Part shown: one piece after another, positions 49,324 through 62,819 of the stretch
How positions within the stretch are numbered: position 1 is the stretch's first letter
Layout of the letters: each line of letters begins with the position of its first letter
Assembly (NCBI GenBank): GCA_028534125.1
Contig: CM052817.1
Coordinates: 40,426,001-40,490,000 of the forward strand
DNA length: 64,000 bases
Origin: Lama glama
Taxonomy: Eukaryota
Reading direction: 5' to 3'
The notes under the pieces: model-generated
What the model was told of the DNA's origin: nothing
Databases searched by the model: none
What the model saw: the letters and a program-made list of their open reading frames with translations, nothing else
Translations under genes and position numbers: made by a program

Positions 49324-51140
49324 AATCTCACACACTGCCTTTTCAGTGTCTATAGGTGAAAATATTGCTTTCCTTTTTATAAAAAATGCATGTTAATACA
49401 ATTCCTAACCCATCCTTACCCTTCTGAAATAATACTTATATCTAATTGTAGTTTATTCTTTTCATGCACTCTGAATTTTGTTGCCTACAATAGTAATCTC
49501 TCACCAACTGTGAGAATTTTAGTTCTAAAAAGTAGCTTGTCTGGCAGAACTGCAGTTGTCAAAATCAAGGTTTTCAAGGAGATTTGGGGTAAAGTATCAA
49601 CTTCAGTTTTGATTATATAACTAATTCAGTAAAGGGAAAGTTCTAGGTGGTAACCACTTCCAAAACAAACCAGATTTGTTGATACTAAAACCCATGCTGA
49701 TAGGTAACTTTTTTTTCCCCTGATTCACATTCTTTAATAGGTCAGAAAACATTTCTGTGGTTTTCTGATTTATTGACAGACTGAATGTGCTTTGGACTTG
49801 ACGTCTCCCTTGTTTGTTTTTACAAATGTGGCTACATACTCCTTAAACTATGGCCACTTCAGGAAATTATCAAAGTACTTAATGACATTTGGGGGCGAGG
49901 TTCTCTGATGGTCAATCCATGTGTTGAGATGAGGTCAGAGAGATCTTTCTGATCCCACTTAGGAGACTCACCCTCAAGATCCAAAGACAGCAAAGATTAT
50001 TGTCTTGTTTTTGTTTGTTGGTTTATTTGCTTAAGAGCATAAACTGTGGCTGTGTGGGAAAAAACCAAGAATTTATCATTTTTCATAAGGAAGTATAAAA
50101 TTTCATCAGTTAAAACTTGTGAGTTGATATCTTTTATTTTTATTCAGTTTTCTTTTTTTGGAGAGAATGCTTTTCAGTGTCTAGTGTCAGAAATAACCTA
50201 TTTTCAAAAAACTTTGGGTAGCTTCTCATAGTTTTCATGTTCTAGCATATTTAGCTTTAAAATTAGCTTTTCCTTAAAAATTGGAAACTATTAAAGGATT
50301 AAATCCAGAAAAAGGTAAATTCATGACTCACACAAATATAAAAGTGAATGTGTATTAGAGACCTCATTGTACTCACTAGTCAGTTGAGGTACCCAGGCAG
50401 ATGTTATAACGAGTTCAAAGAGAATTTTTTAAAATGGACACATTTACAGATCAACAATACTGAATATAGATAAGTAATATTGAAATGAGTGAATAAGTGT
50501 GCACATGAAAACAGAAGTGCTGTTTTCACAGGGAAGGGAGAATCAGTTGAACTTCTACTAGATAGAACAGAATTTGCATGTCTATAGATGAGAATTATTT
50601 TGCATTGCTCTTAGTTACCTATAATTTACAATTGTAAAATAACTTCATAGAATCAGATGAACTGAGGGCTGTCCTCTACATGGTACAGTTTTCCACTGAA
50701 CACAACTTCTTCCCTACAGAAATGGCACATTAGTAAAGCTAAAGAAATCATTCATTCATTCAACAAAAGTTTGAATTTCTATCCAGTGCTAATTTCTTCC
50801 TGAATTTGAGCCATGTGGATTGCCTAAATTTAGATTCAATTTTGGAAATTTGTATTTTTCCAGAATATAGTCTATTTCATTGAGATTTTCAAATGTATTA
50901 GCATTCAATTGCTTATAATATTCTCTTATGATTTACATTTTTCCTGTATTTTCTAGAACTTTCTTTTTAATTATTTTTGGATTCTTATGATTCAGATATC
51001 AAAAATTATTGTTATATAGTGAAGTGTAGCTTTCCTATCTTTTCCTCCATCTGCCTAATTCTCACTCTTCCCAACAAGTGACAACTATTTGTTTTATGTG
51101 TGTGTGTGTATAAAACTATATGCATATGTTTTATATACAA

Positions 51141-51165
51141 ACACACACACACACACACACACACA
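51141..51165. repeat. (CA)n microsatellite
   Basis: Direct inspection. Confidence 0.95.
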
Positions 51166-51168
51166 TAC

Positions 51169-51675
51169 TGTTGACTGAAAAAAAAAAAAACAATGCACAA
51201 CATGAGAGCAGTGAATTCAGTTTTATTTGGGGCTTACTGAGGCTCTTGCCTGGGAGACAGCCTCTCAGATAGCTCTGAGGAGCTGCTCCAAAGAGGAGGG
51301 GTGGGGGGGGAGTCATTATATATGTGATTTTAGTGCCAGGGGTGGAGGGGGGAGATACATGCGCTCAAGCACACATCTGGGTAGAAGGGTACTGCTGGTC
51401 ACGAGGAGCAGATGTTTCCATTAATGATTTTAGTGCTTTTCTATGAGAAAGCATGAAAGTATGAGAAAATGAAAGAATTTAGGTTCATAAAATTTTCTCT
51501 TGAAACTCTAACTCTCCAAAGGTCTGTTCTGCTGTCTTTTCCTGGAGCACAGTGGGCCTCATTCCTGATCTCCACCCTGAATTCCATTCAGGCTGTGTTG
51601 AAGGTCAGCGGCTGCAGTGGTTGATCACCTCATCCTCGTGGAGTCAGATGGCGAGCAAAAATTCTTTAGTTAGCA
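51169..51675 (-). mobile_element. ERV1-class solo LTR (MER41-like)
   Basis: TG...CA; gttttatttggggc...gcctgggagacagcctctcagatagctctgagg. Confidence 0.7.
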
Positions 51676-51838
51676 ACTCCAATCAGTATAAACACATATT
51701 GTAGCTACTTCCTAACAGTATTTTTGCCTAGTTTTATGGTCTTTGATTTATCAAGTTTTCTGCAGTGGAGGTGGTGGTGGTGGTTTAAGAACTAGTTCTT
51801 GGATTTCTGTTAATTTGCTTTTTTAGAAAAATCATTGA

Positions 51839-51950
51839 GGGGGGAGGGTATAACTCAAGCGGTAGAGCACATGCTTAGCATGCACAAGGTCCTAGGTTCA
51901 ATCCTCGGTACCTGCTCTAAAAAAATTTTTTTAAATAAAACTGAAAAATA
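51839..51950 (+). mobile_element. camelid tRNA-derived SINE (Vic-1-like)
   Basis: ggggagggtataactcaagcggtagagcacatgcttagcatgcacaaggtcctaggttcaatcc (A/B boxes); TSD aaaaat(t)cattga. Confidence 0.9.
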
Positions 51951-53075
51951 AAAAATTCATTGATTGTTGCTCTTGACTTTATTATTTCCTCCTTCTTAGT
52001 TTCCTTATATTTGTCTTTTTTTCTCAATTCATGAAGAGAATGCTTCTTTTATTCTTCCTTCCTTCCTTTATTTATTATAATGAAAATATTTAAGGTCATC
52101 AATTTATCCCTGAGCATAGCCTGGGCAGCATTTTCCTGCATATAGCAATTGACAGATCCTGAAAGATTATGTCAGTATACATTATTGCCAGCACTAAGTA
52201 CTTTCATCTTTATTCAGATTTTACTGACTTGAAGAGCAAACTTGTTATCTCATTGTCATGTTCATACTCTTTTACTGGTTCTCCACTGGCTTTTTCTTAT
52301 CAGCCTGTATAAACCGTTGTGAAGATCTTTCTTTGATCCTGACTCTTCTTTGAACTGTTGCTCCATCTGCTTGTTTATAGACAAAGTTCTTGAAAGAGCA
52401 TCCCCATCTCTTTCTCAACCCAGTTGTACTCTAGCTTCTGACCCATACTTTACGAGCACCATTTATGCCAGGGTCACCAGTGATCTCTGAATTGCCAGAT
52501 CCAGTGATCTCATCTTGCTTCTGGTCTTTGTTGAGCTCTCAGAACATCTCTTTCTTGACAATATTCTTTCCTCCTTTTGCTCAACCTCTATGACCACTTT
52601 TTCAGCCTCCCTTCCTCCATTGCCCCCTAAAAATGGGTGTTCTCCCTGGCTCCATCCTTTCTTCTGTGCATTGTGTATCTGCACGGTGCATCAACCAAAC
52701 CTCGCCCACTAGCAGAAATACGTGCTTCCCCATAAAGAGCAACTTTCTCCTGGCATCAACAAGACGGCCCCTTAAAGATAACATTCCTTCTTGATCTTGT
52801 AAGGGATCATGATGACGCTTAGATCTGAATTGAATAAACTGTCAATAATATGTCATTTAATGCACAGTCCTCTGTCACAAACACCATTGTGTATAACTGT
52901 GTTTTGATTTCTAATGGGCAGAACAGTTCTTAGAACTTTCCCAGATTATAACTCTCAATTTGGCTTGAAGAAAATTTTCCATTTCTTTCTTAGATTGCCT
53001 GATGAATTGTCCATCACCACTTCTCATTCTACACTGTTTGTCTGAGTTATTGCAATGGCTACCTTGGCTTTAATC

Positions 53076-53250
53076 TTTTTTTTTTAATTGAAATATAGTT
53101 GATTTACAATGTTATGTTGGCTTCTGGTATACAGCATAGTAATCAATTATACATATATATACTCTTTTTCATATTCTTTATCATTACAGGTTATTACAAG
53201 ATTTTGAGTATAGTTCCCTGTACTATATATAGTAGGACCTTATTGGTTAC
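53076..53250 (-). mobile_element. 5'-truncated L1 3' end
   Basis: polyT + aattgaaatatagttgatttacaatg...; TSD accttggctt(t/g)a(a/g)tctt. Confidence 0.85.
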
Positions 53251-53314
53251 CTTGGCTTGAGTCTTAAATCTTGGCTTGAACTTCTGTGCAGCTGACTCAA
53301 AAAACCTCTGTCTT

Positions 53315-53655
53315 ACAAATGAGCTTATTTGCAAACCAGAAACAGACTCAACAGACATAGAAAACAAACTCATGGGTTACCAGAGGGGAAAGGGGGTGGG
53401 AAGGGATAAATACAGAGTTTGAGATTTGCAGATATGAACTACTGTATATAAAATAGATGAGCAACAAGTTTATACTGTCTAGCACAGGGAACTATATTCA
53501 GTATCTTGTAGTAACCTATAATGAAGAAGAATATGAAAAGGAATATATGTATGTACATATATGAGTGCAACATTATGCTGTACTCCAGAAATTGACACAA
53601 CATTGTCAACTGACTATACTCCAACTAAACAACAACAACAGCAGCAGCAGCAACA
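53315..53655 (+). mobile_element. 5'-truncated L1 3' end with (CAA)/(CAG) tail
   Basis: acaaatgagcttatttgcaaaccagaaacagactc...agcacagggaactatattcag...gaaattgacacaacattgt; TSD aaaaa(a/cc)cctctgtctt. Confidence 0.85.
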
Positions 53656-55139
53656 AAAACCCCTCTGTCTTTAACTTTATGCTCTCTTTCGAGCTAACTG
53701 TGTACTTCTCTTCTGAATGTCCCACAGGCATCTCAAATGGAGTTTCTCCAGACTATCAAACTTGCTCGTTTCCTTGGACATCTTAATGTTCCTTCTGCTA
53801 CCCTGCCTTAGTTAATAAAGCCTTACTTGTCACTCAGTCTTTACCTTTGCTCCCTCATGTTCTGTGGCAGCTGCCCTGCCTTGGATCCCTCAGCCATCCA
53901 GCTTTTATGCTTTTGTATACTGGCTGTTGATCACTGTTGAAGAAAACTCTGTGGAGACAAATTCAGGATCTCCAGCCTAATTTAGGCCTTGAATTGTGGA
54001 GCTGGATGGTTTTTATAAGTCTGCTCACTCTCCCAAAACCTCAAAGTGATTACCCTCTCCAGGCCCCTCATATCGCACTGCCTTCTCTTTCTCTCTCTCT
54101 CAAGAGATGTCTTTGCGCTTGCTTTTTACTTTCACAGGAGAGATGGAAATTATCAGGCATGAACGAACTGAGACTTTCACCCTCCTGACTTACCTCCTTC
54201 CTCATGTGGTGGATAATCCTTGCTGCACTCTTGAGCCGGGTCCCCTGCCCCTTGCAGGATCTGGAGAATCGCCACTGTATACTCCCTGCCTCTCTCTGCA
54301 TGTTTTCAGCCCTCCGCTTCTTTCCCACTGGCCATAAAATATGCTCGAATCTCTATTCTTTGAAAAACAAACTTCTCTCCTGACCTTTGTCTCCATCTTC
54401 TTTTACTTAGGACCACATGTCTTTCGTTTCTTTCACAACCAAGCTTCTCTTGAAAGTAGTTATCACTTGATCTACATCTTCCCTTCCCTTTCATCCTACA
54501 TCACACAGTGAGACTTCTACCTCCTCGATTTCGCTGAAACTGCTCTCTGATAAAGACCATCACTGATCTACTCATTGGCAACCCTCTCTTCAGCCCGCAA
54601 CGTGACCTTTTTGCCATTGAGATAGCTGACACTCCCTTCTTCTCAAAACCCTCGCCTGGCTTCCGTAACAAAACTCTCTCCCATCTGGCTTCTTCTCCCA
54701 TCTGGCTGATTATGCCTCCTCACTCTCCCTTGTCCTGCGCCCTCTGTCCTCGGCCCTGCTGAGCTCTCCTGTGCTCGGCTGTCTTCCCCTTCCCTCCTTG
54801 CTCACTCCTCTCCTGCCCTGTGCACACTTTCCTTATGTCGTGTCTCCCCTGCACTTTCAAGGCTCCCCTGTCACCAGGATGCTAACTGCCAAAGCAGTGT
54901 GTCCAGCCTGTTTTCCTGCACCCCAGCCCAGGATTGTCCCCTGCCTTCTGAGCATCTCCCCTTTCATGCCTCACAGACACCATCAAACTTGATTCATCCA
55001 AGACAGTGGGCAAAGAGGGCAAAGGAAGTAGAAATAGTAAGAGAGAAGGGAGGAAAACTGTAAACGAATTTTTATGTCCCTCCCAACTCGGCCCCTGCTG
55101 TGTCCAGGATGCTCACCCCCATCCCCACTTTTCCTCACT

Positions 55140-55318
55140 AAAGCCTGGTCCCCAGGCCAGTAGCGTCTGCATCACCTGGGAACTAGTTAGAAATACAGAT
55201 TCTCAGGCCCCACCCCAGGCCTACTGAATCAGACACTCGGAGGTGAGGCTGAGAAATCAGTGTTTTAATGAGCTCTCCAAGTGATTCTGATGCCTGCTAA
55301 AGTCTGAGAATCCCTGTA
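55140..55318. mobile_element. MER5A MITE
   Basis: gcatcacctgggaactagttagaaatacagattctcaggccccaccccaggcctactgaatcagacact. Confidence 0.9.
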
Positions 55319-55764
55319 CAGGTGGATTTCCTATTAATTCTTCATGGCCCAGTATCAGTGTTACCTCCTCCACAGAGCCCTCCCTGCTCCTTTCAGACAA
55401 AATTAATGACTTCCTCCTCTGTTTTCCCATAGTGCTTTATCCATGCCAATTATACAGCACTTACTCTATTATAGCTCACTCTTTAAGACTCCTTCCTCCC
55501 CCACAGATTATGAGGTCTAGGGTTATTATTGATCTTTATATTTCTAGCACCAGGCATGGTGCCTGGCATGAAGTAGACATGTTCCATTATCACAAATTAC
55601 TTTTATTTTTTCCTCTTTCCATGATCCCTTAACATTCCCTTCTTACCCTTTCTTTTTCTTCCTTCCTTTCCTTGAACTTAGCTTCTGGGTATGAATAAGT
55701 CATCAGAGTGGAGATCTTACCCTTTAAAAGCAATGAACCAAAATTCAAACCTTCAGTCCCTTCC

Positions 55765-56508
55765 TGTCTATCAGGCAAGGTTCAAAGAGAGAAGCAGAAC
55801 CACAAATAGAGGGGTGTGCAGGGGTGTGTGTGTATGTGTGTGTGTGTGATTGGTTACAAGGATTTGAACTATAGTTATATGCTGGTTAAACGGTCTGTGC
55901 CCAGCTGCTGCCTTCACTGTGCTGCTGGTGGACTCTGGAGCTTGAGCCCACTTGGACAGACATTTGGGAAGGGACGGATAGATGGAAAAGGGGTGTTAGG
56001 GGAGAGCAAAGGGAAGCTAGATCCCACAAGCTCACAGGGGAGAGCATGGGCATGAACTCAAACCCAAGGACAGACTGGAACCCGTCAGTTCTACCTCCAA
56101 TCTTGATGATGTGAATGTCCCACCAGAGTTGCGAGTGCCTCCCTCACGGGGCTAAACACACTTGTGACCCCGCTGTTGGAGGCTCTGAAGGGGCATCCGG
56201 AGAAGGGGAGCAGCTGTAGGCCCAGCGCTCCCCCTCACTGAAGAGGAGCCAGGAGATAAACAACCGGTGTGGGAGCCACAAAAGCGCCTGCCCCAGCCTT
56301 CTGAATGCGGAACCAGAATGGCTCTGTGCATCTAAAAGTATTCCAAATTAAATTTTTTTTTTTAATGGCTGCTGCTTCACTTTCCCCTCCAAATCTCATG
56401 TGAAAATAATCCTTTTTTGCCCCACTCTCACCAGAAACATACTGGGAAGGAAATTTTGGAGAACTTCCTTCAGGCTAGCCGAATTGACACATTACAAATC
56501 CACCACAA
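55765..56508 (-). mobile_element. ERVL solo LTR (LTR33/LTR41-like)
   Basis: Reverse start TGTGGTGGATTTGTAATGTGTCAATTCGGCTAGCC; ggttcaaagagagaagcagaacc at the other end. Confidence 0.7.
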
Positions 56509-56682
56509 TATCCGTGGGTCTGAAATTTCTGAGATGTACTCTCTGAACTGAAAAGGCTGAGATATGGACAGTATTTTACAAAAAAAAACCCTACTGTGGG
56601 CTGGGTGATAAAGGAAAATGCTTATTGGATTGGCTGGCAGTAGAACTGGTTCTAGAAAGCTGGGTAAGAATTACACTGATGC

Positions 56683-56773
56683 GGGGTGGGAATAGCTCAC
56701 AGTGGTAGAGTACATGCTTAGCATGCACAAGGTCCTGGGTTCAATCCTCAGAACTTCCATTAAAAAAAAAAAA
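56683..56773 (+). mobile_element. camelid tRNA-derived SINE (short form)
   Basis: tagctcacagtggtagagtacatgcttagcatgcacaaggtcctgggttcaatcc + polyA; flanking repeat aagaattac. Confidence 0.9.
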
Positions 56774-57054
56774 AGAATTACTTGGGGAAAGACGAGGACA
56801 TCACATTTGTTAGGAGACAAATCATAGTTCTCAACAAAAGACCCTCAGTTACCAGTGAAAGGCATAATTATGCTGAGTACATTATCTTTACTGAGGTTAG
56901 ATAGATTTTAGAAAGATTATCAGTAAGAATTAAAAGCAAAGCCATCTGAACTTAATTAATTAGAACATCCTTCACACGTTATAGTTCACTGAGGTTTTTT
57001 TGTGTAATAAGTGTAATGTGTAATGAGTGTAATAAAGGGTAATAGGATTTAGTA

Positions 57055-57245
57055 GAATGTAGTGAGCAAGACTCGGACACATCACTTACTAACTCTGTGA
57101 CCCCCTCTGTTAAGCCTTTGTATTCTCGTTCGTAAACTGGCGATAATAATAAACTCTGCCTCACAGAGTTGCTGTGAGGACTTGACAGAATTCATGTAAA
57201 GTACCTGGCAGAATATTAGGCACATAGTATGTTAATGGCTACCAA
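57055..57245 (+). mobile_element. MIR SINE
   Basis: atcacttactaactctgtgacc...gtaaactggcgataataata...cacagagttgctgtgagga. Confidence 0.7.
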
Positions 57246-58379
57246 TATCTGATCATCATCTCTGGAACGATGACAATCAGATATTGTTATTATTTCTCTA
57301 GGAAATACTTTCCAGGAAGGTTGATCCCAAAGGCTTAGTGATACCTCTGACCTCTCTAAGTATGAAGCGCATTTAGCAGATAGGATCCAACATTGTTGCC
57401 AGAAGAAATTTTCTCTCATTATTTTTATCTCTTCTTTGGATTCAAATAAAGTTTCCTGTGTCTCCTCAGCTTCAACCTCCAAATGCACCCCTTCCCTTTC
57501 CTGTAAAAGTTCTCTTTCCTTTGCCTAAGAAATGGGCTTTGCAACTTTTCTCCTCTACCTGCTCTTCCAGGCCTTGGGCAAGGATGGTTGTAGAGCCCAG
57601 GGTGCAATGGCTGGCACCCCAGCCTCCTTGCCTGTTCACGAGGTTCACATGGTTGGTCACCTGGCCCACTCTCAGGTGTAAGCAGGAAGGAATGGGATGA
57701 GGTTAAAGCGATTGTGTGGCCTCCCTGTAGCAGAGGGTAGGGATGTGTTTTGTGGAGCCATGGAGAAACAGAATGAAGTCTGCCCACATCTGTGGGTATC
57801 ATTTTATAACCATAATCAGAAGCTGTTAAACATTTTTCTGCCTAAGAGAAAGTTCTCCATATCTCTTTATCTTTGTTAAACAATAAAAAACAAGAAATGG
57901 AATGTTATGCTTTAATTAAAGAGCTGTCCTGGCCTCTTGCTTTATCCTGATTATCATTGAGTTTTCATAAATCTTTATCTTCTGTAAATCTTCAGGCTCA
58001 TCTTCCCTCCCCACCACCCCATCTTTAATTAGATTTTCTGGTTTGTGACCACTTTAACTGGAGAAAAATCACTGGAGTAGAATTTGAAAATAATGCAGTT
58101 CCTTCTGGTTTTATTACTCAATTTCAATATTGACTGGGTCCCCAGAATGTACTTTCATTTACATACTTCTCTTTTAAAACAAATCTACAGATCCTATCAA
58201 TGCAATAATTTTTCTTCTTCTTTACTAAGCCCAAACTGACTTTCCTCCAATTACAAAAATTCCCTCAGTAGAATAAATTAAAGGGTTCCTAGTTATTGAA
58301 AAATGTATTTTGCAGACCCTACCTCAGTTATGTTTTCAAGAATGAAATGCCTCAAGCATTCTTTCTACTTTAACCTCCC

Positions 58380-58888
58380 ACCTTCAAAATATTTCTTGAA
58401 TTCATCTGTTTCACGATGTCTCAACTGCTGCTGCTTTGGTTCAGGACATCAGTGTCTCTCTCCAGGAACAGTGCAAGAGCTTCCTGCTCCCCTAGTCCCA
58501 GTCCTATACTGAAATCCTCTTCATTGGTAAAACAGGTTCATAATCAAATTGTTTCCATGGTTTTGTTCAAGCCATTGCTCTGCCTAGGATGGCCTTTTAG
58601 CTTTGTCTGCCTCGTGAATTCCTTCAAGATCATCTCAAATGTCACCTCCTCTGTTCATGGCTCCCTGGATTCCTCAGTGGGATTATGCATGCCTTACTGT
58701 GGGCTTGGTAGAGCTTGTTTCTATTATGAAAGTTGTTACATTTGCATTTGTAATTATTTGTGTCCATCTCCTCCTCTAGACACCTTGAAGGCAGAATCTT
58801 TGGCTTCTTCCTAACTGTAACTTCCCCACCACCAGTACAATACCCAACCTAGGGAAGGCACTCGGTAAATATTTGTTGAGTGAGTGAA
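58380..58888 (+). mobile_element. LINE-2 3' fragment
   Basis: ctcaaatgtcacctcctctg...aggcactcggtaaatatttgttgagtgagtgaa. Confidence 0.75.
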
Positions 58889-60037
58889 AATGCAGTCTCC
58901 CTTTTTTAGGTTGGTATGTAAATAAGAAGGAAAGACGGAGAAGACAATTACTTGGGTATTTTTCTGAAGCCACTAGAGAAAGCTGCAAGTAACTTGTTTG
59001 CAATTTGAAAGAAATGGGCTGTTCCTTCACAGCTAGAGGATGAAAGGCAGGGCTCCCAAGATACACTTTTCTCTTTTTAGAAATGTGTAGTGTCTACCCC
59101 AATGTACAATGAATGTCTTTGGAGAAAGAAAAAAATCAAAGTTTTGTTGTTGTTCATAAAAGATCAAAGAATAAAGTGGTACCTCTGAGATAATCTTAGT
59201 TTCTGCAACCCAGTTTTGAATTATGGTCATGTTTATTAGTTGTTGTTGTGTTTTAATAAAGCAGGTCATTTTGACCCTAACCCACTCTTTCCTCTCACTC
59301 CTTTCTCATCATACAGAATGCTTCAGGACCACACAGTTGGCTCTCTGATGCCTCTCAGGGTTTTGATTTCATGCATTAAGATGCCAACTTTTATTTGCAC
59401 CCCAAACAAAACTAGAAGCATCTCTTTTCCTTTCTAAATCTATCATTTGACTCATCAGGAAACAAAATTTTGCGTGCTACTGGCCCCTAACTGATTTTTA
59501 GAATATGTTCTGTGATGTTTTGTTGGCGCTTACTCCCATCATGTCAAAACTATTTCAAGAATATTCAGTGTTTTGGTTTCTCCATGTTGTTATCTTTGGT
59601 GAGTTGTGGATTTTGGTGACAAGGACAGAGCACACCCAGGCTAGCTTACCAGTTGGAACCAGAGAACTCTCAAGGCAGAGAAGTGTGATGGGAATGGCAG
59701 TCCTTCCTGTGGCCTTCTAGACTGTTCTCCACCTCCCATGTCTTTATGTTTCTGGAGAATACAGAAAGCAAACATCGTACTCTAGAAGCTCAGTCTTCCC
59801 CTTATCACTAGTAAAGGAAGCCTTGGTGGCACCTCATTACCCAAGCATGTGGTCCCCCTCAGTGCCCTCCCCAAGTGTGGGCCCACACCAGAAAAAGACA
59901 GTTTGCAAACCAGAAGCATTCCGCCCAAAACATGGAATGAGTTTCAAAGGGATATTGTTACAAAGCAGCTCACATTGTGTGGTGGCAGTGGCTGTTTATT
60001 CTTCAAAGTGATTGGTTACAATATTAGAATTCAAATT

Positions 60038-60166
60038 TCTTTTTTTTATTTTAGGGGGGTAATTAGGTTTATTTATTTATTTTTAGAGGAGGCACTGGGG
60101 CTTGAACCCAGGACCCTGTGTGTGCTAAGCATGCGCTCTACCACTTGAGCCGTACCCTTTCTCCCC
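60038..60166 (-). mobile_element. camelid tRNA-derived SINE (Vic-1-like)
   Basis: taattaggtttatttattta...ctggggcttgaacccaggaccctg...gctaagcatgcgctctaccacttgagc. Confidence 0.9.
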
Positions 60167-61539
60167 TGGAATTTTCTCAAATGAGAGGAAATTGGTTGGA
60201 GATGACCCTGTTATCAATCTGGGGGAGCAATTTAAGTCTCACTTTTGATTTTCAGAAGCATAAACGAGAAGTGACCCAGGTCAGGTTAGCCTTGCTTGTC
60301 TTACAAAATAAGCTAAGTGGAGCTTTGTTTCTATAACTAAACTGATTCTGTCAGCTCAGGGAATTTTCAAGTCTGGTCTCCATTTGTGTTTAATTTTAAT
60401 GAAACTAAAAGGGGGCACTTGGGAGAGCTGGTATGTGTGTCATAGGAGACAATTCCTCCACCTCCATCCTGCCCTCCCTTCCACTTGCAGGAACTGAGTA
60501 TCAATACACGATCCATCTTCCCAGGGAAGTAGTGGGATGGGCCGCAGAAGGGAGCTGGCACCTGAGCTGTGAAAGGGACAGCTGGGACAACACTGCTGTA
60601 AAGAAGTGACCCAGGACGAAAGCCAAAGCAGCCTCGATCTGGTGAAGGACACTCGAGCCTTTGGAGAGCCACCGGGGGGCACGAGGGCTGGGGCCAGCAT
60701 ATTGAGCAGCTTAGAGTTCCAGGTTCACGCCAGTCACTACTTTCCTGAGAGTTGGGAAGCATGCCAGTCTCTTAACAGAACGCTTACAAGTCGTTGTTCA
60801 GATGTGTTACTGCTCTGAATGCTTAATTTCATTGGTTAACCGTGGAGCCACCTTTGTTGGTGATTTTCCTAATTTTGCTCATAATTCTGTAGACACGCCC
60901 TTATTTATACCCTGTAGCCTTCTAAGCGCTTAAAATTAATATGAAGTGACATCATCTGTGGGAATGAGGGGTGGAGGGTGAGAGAAAAGGTTGATGATTT
61001 ATGAGGTCTGTTTCAGGAGAACTTAATGCAGTGAGAAACTGCATTAGGTCACCTTGTACAAGATATGTGGAATGCCCACTGGCTGTGGGAGAACACGCAT
61101 CAGGCAGTTAACTACATTTTATAAGTCCCTGGTCCCATTGACTTTTATTCTGGTGATGTCATGGTTCTGAGTGTTCCAGGAGTTCGGGCTCTGAGTTGAT
61201 GATTAGTTCTTCTGGCCTTGAGAGAGATGGAGGATGCTGTATGATCCTCTTCAGCGCCAATGTGAACTCCACAAAGCAACCTCTGGTCTTGTATATTTCA
61301 TGTGGGTTTTTTTTTTTTTGTCCTTCTGAAGAAGTCATCAGCATAATTTCTGAGACTATTAGAAGGGTTTTTGTACAAGGTCATACCCTGCTTCACCAAG
61401 AGAACATTAAAAGCCTATCCTACTTTCTCTTTCAGTTTCCTCACTGAATTCCTAAGCAGCCATCATTAAGCTGGAATAGATCTGCAGTTCTACTTTCTTT
61501 TTCTGAAGCACAAATGGGCAGCCTTTTATAGTAATAAGC

Positions 61540-61752
61540 TTCCAATTATTGAGCTCTTGCCATATACTCATCAAAGAGCCTTACTTGTATTAACTCCCTT
61601 AATCCTCATGGCATCCCTAGGAAGTAGGTACTATTATGATCCCATCCTAAAGATGAGAAAATCAAGGCATAGAGAGGTTAAGCGATTGGCACAGCACCAT
61701 CCAGCAACTAAGTGGCAGAGCCTGGATTTAAAACCAGAGGCTCTGGACCCAG
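61540..61752 (-). mobile_element. MIR SINE
   Basis: ttaatcctcatggcatccctaggaagtaggtactattat...agatgagaaaatcaaggcatagagaggttaag...gtggcagagcctggattt. Confidence 0.85.
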
Positions 61753-62819
61753 GACCAATGCTCATGGATCCAGCTCTGTTCTGTGTTCCCACTGGAACAG
61801 AGAATGGAAGAATGATCATTTTGACTATCACTTTTGGTGTGTCACACCCATTGAGCAGCAGCCTGGTTGTCAGATGAGGGGCTTCAAGTTCAGTTTGGGG
61901 TTTAATGGTCACGAGCAGTGGCCTAGCATTTGCTGGCCATAGCATTCTGCCACCAGCAGCATAAGATTCTACCTGAATTTCCTTCTCAGATCCCCAGCTC
62001 TTGAACTTACTGAACTTAACCTGTCCTTCGGGGATTTCTTTTTCACTCTAGTTTGCTCCATGTTTGTTTCAGGCCTGAGGTGTGGGCATCAGAGCCTAGC
62101 TAGCAAGAGAGCGCCAGCATCACGAGGAGTCATTGTTTTGGCACTTGGAGCTGGGATTGTGGGTCAGAAGGGGTTGTTGTGGTGATGCTATTTCAAAGCT
62201 CTGGACCAGGGACTTTCGGGCACAAGGATTTCATTTTCAGTTAGCTTGTGGTCAGACTGCTGTATGGTTTTTTTATGTGGGTTTTTTTTTTTTTTTTTTG
62301 CCTCAGGGAAAGGAAAGCACGTGAGATCATGGCATACAGCAAAGAGTCTAGAAAAGATTCTTTACAACTGGTGAATCTGGCAAATTGAAAGTAATCTCTT
62401 CATTGTCATCTAGAAAATAAAATTAATAATGATAGCCAACCTTTTTTATATCTCCCAGGGTGCCCTGAGTATTCCTTTGATTTCAGGTCTATAAAATATA
62501 ACTAGCACTTCAGGAAAAAGATATGTCTGTGTGTTTGTAAAATCCTTGTAAAAATTACACATAAAAATTATATATAAAATATTGGTCATGCTAAGTAAGG
62601 GAGCCATTCCCTGGCCTTAATTCTCCCACGTGCTTAGAGAAGACACTTAGTCACTTGGAATTCTTGGGTTTTATCTGATTCATCAGGACAGAATTCTGTT
62701 AAATTATTATCAAGAATTCATGTACCTCTCAAGTAGCTCATAGACAGTGGTTTCATCATTTTTAAAGGAAACAGTGGCAGATAATCAGATATTTGGGCTG
62801 TGGTTAACAGAGTTTCTGA

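Larger units (their letters stand above)
52380..55000 (+). mobile_element. long LINE-2 remnant interrupted by an LTR-like piece (~52680-53020) and two L1 3' ends
   Basis: agggtcaccagtgatctctgaattgccagatccagtg, ctgaatgtcccacaggcatctcaa, tgaaactgctctctgataaagaccatcactga L2 ORF2 motifs. Confidence 0.65.

Noticed and set aside
26091..50330. Several isolated TGA(C/G)TCA AP-1 sites
   Set aside because: Roughly eight are expected by chance in 64 kb at uniform base composition; no evident enrichment
51839..51915. tRNA-like sequences here and at ~25550, ~48400, ~56690 and ~60100 as tRNA genes
   Set aside because: They have A-rich tails and TSDs and recur as dispersed copies, so they are SINEs
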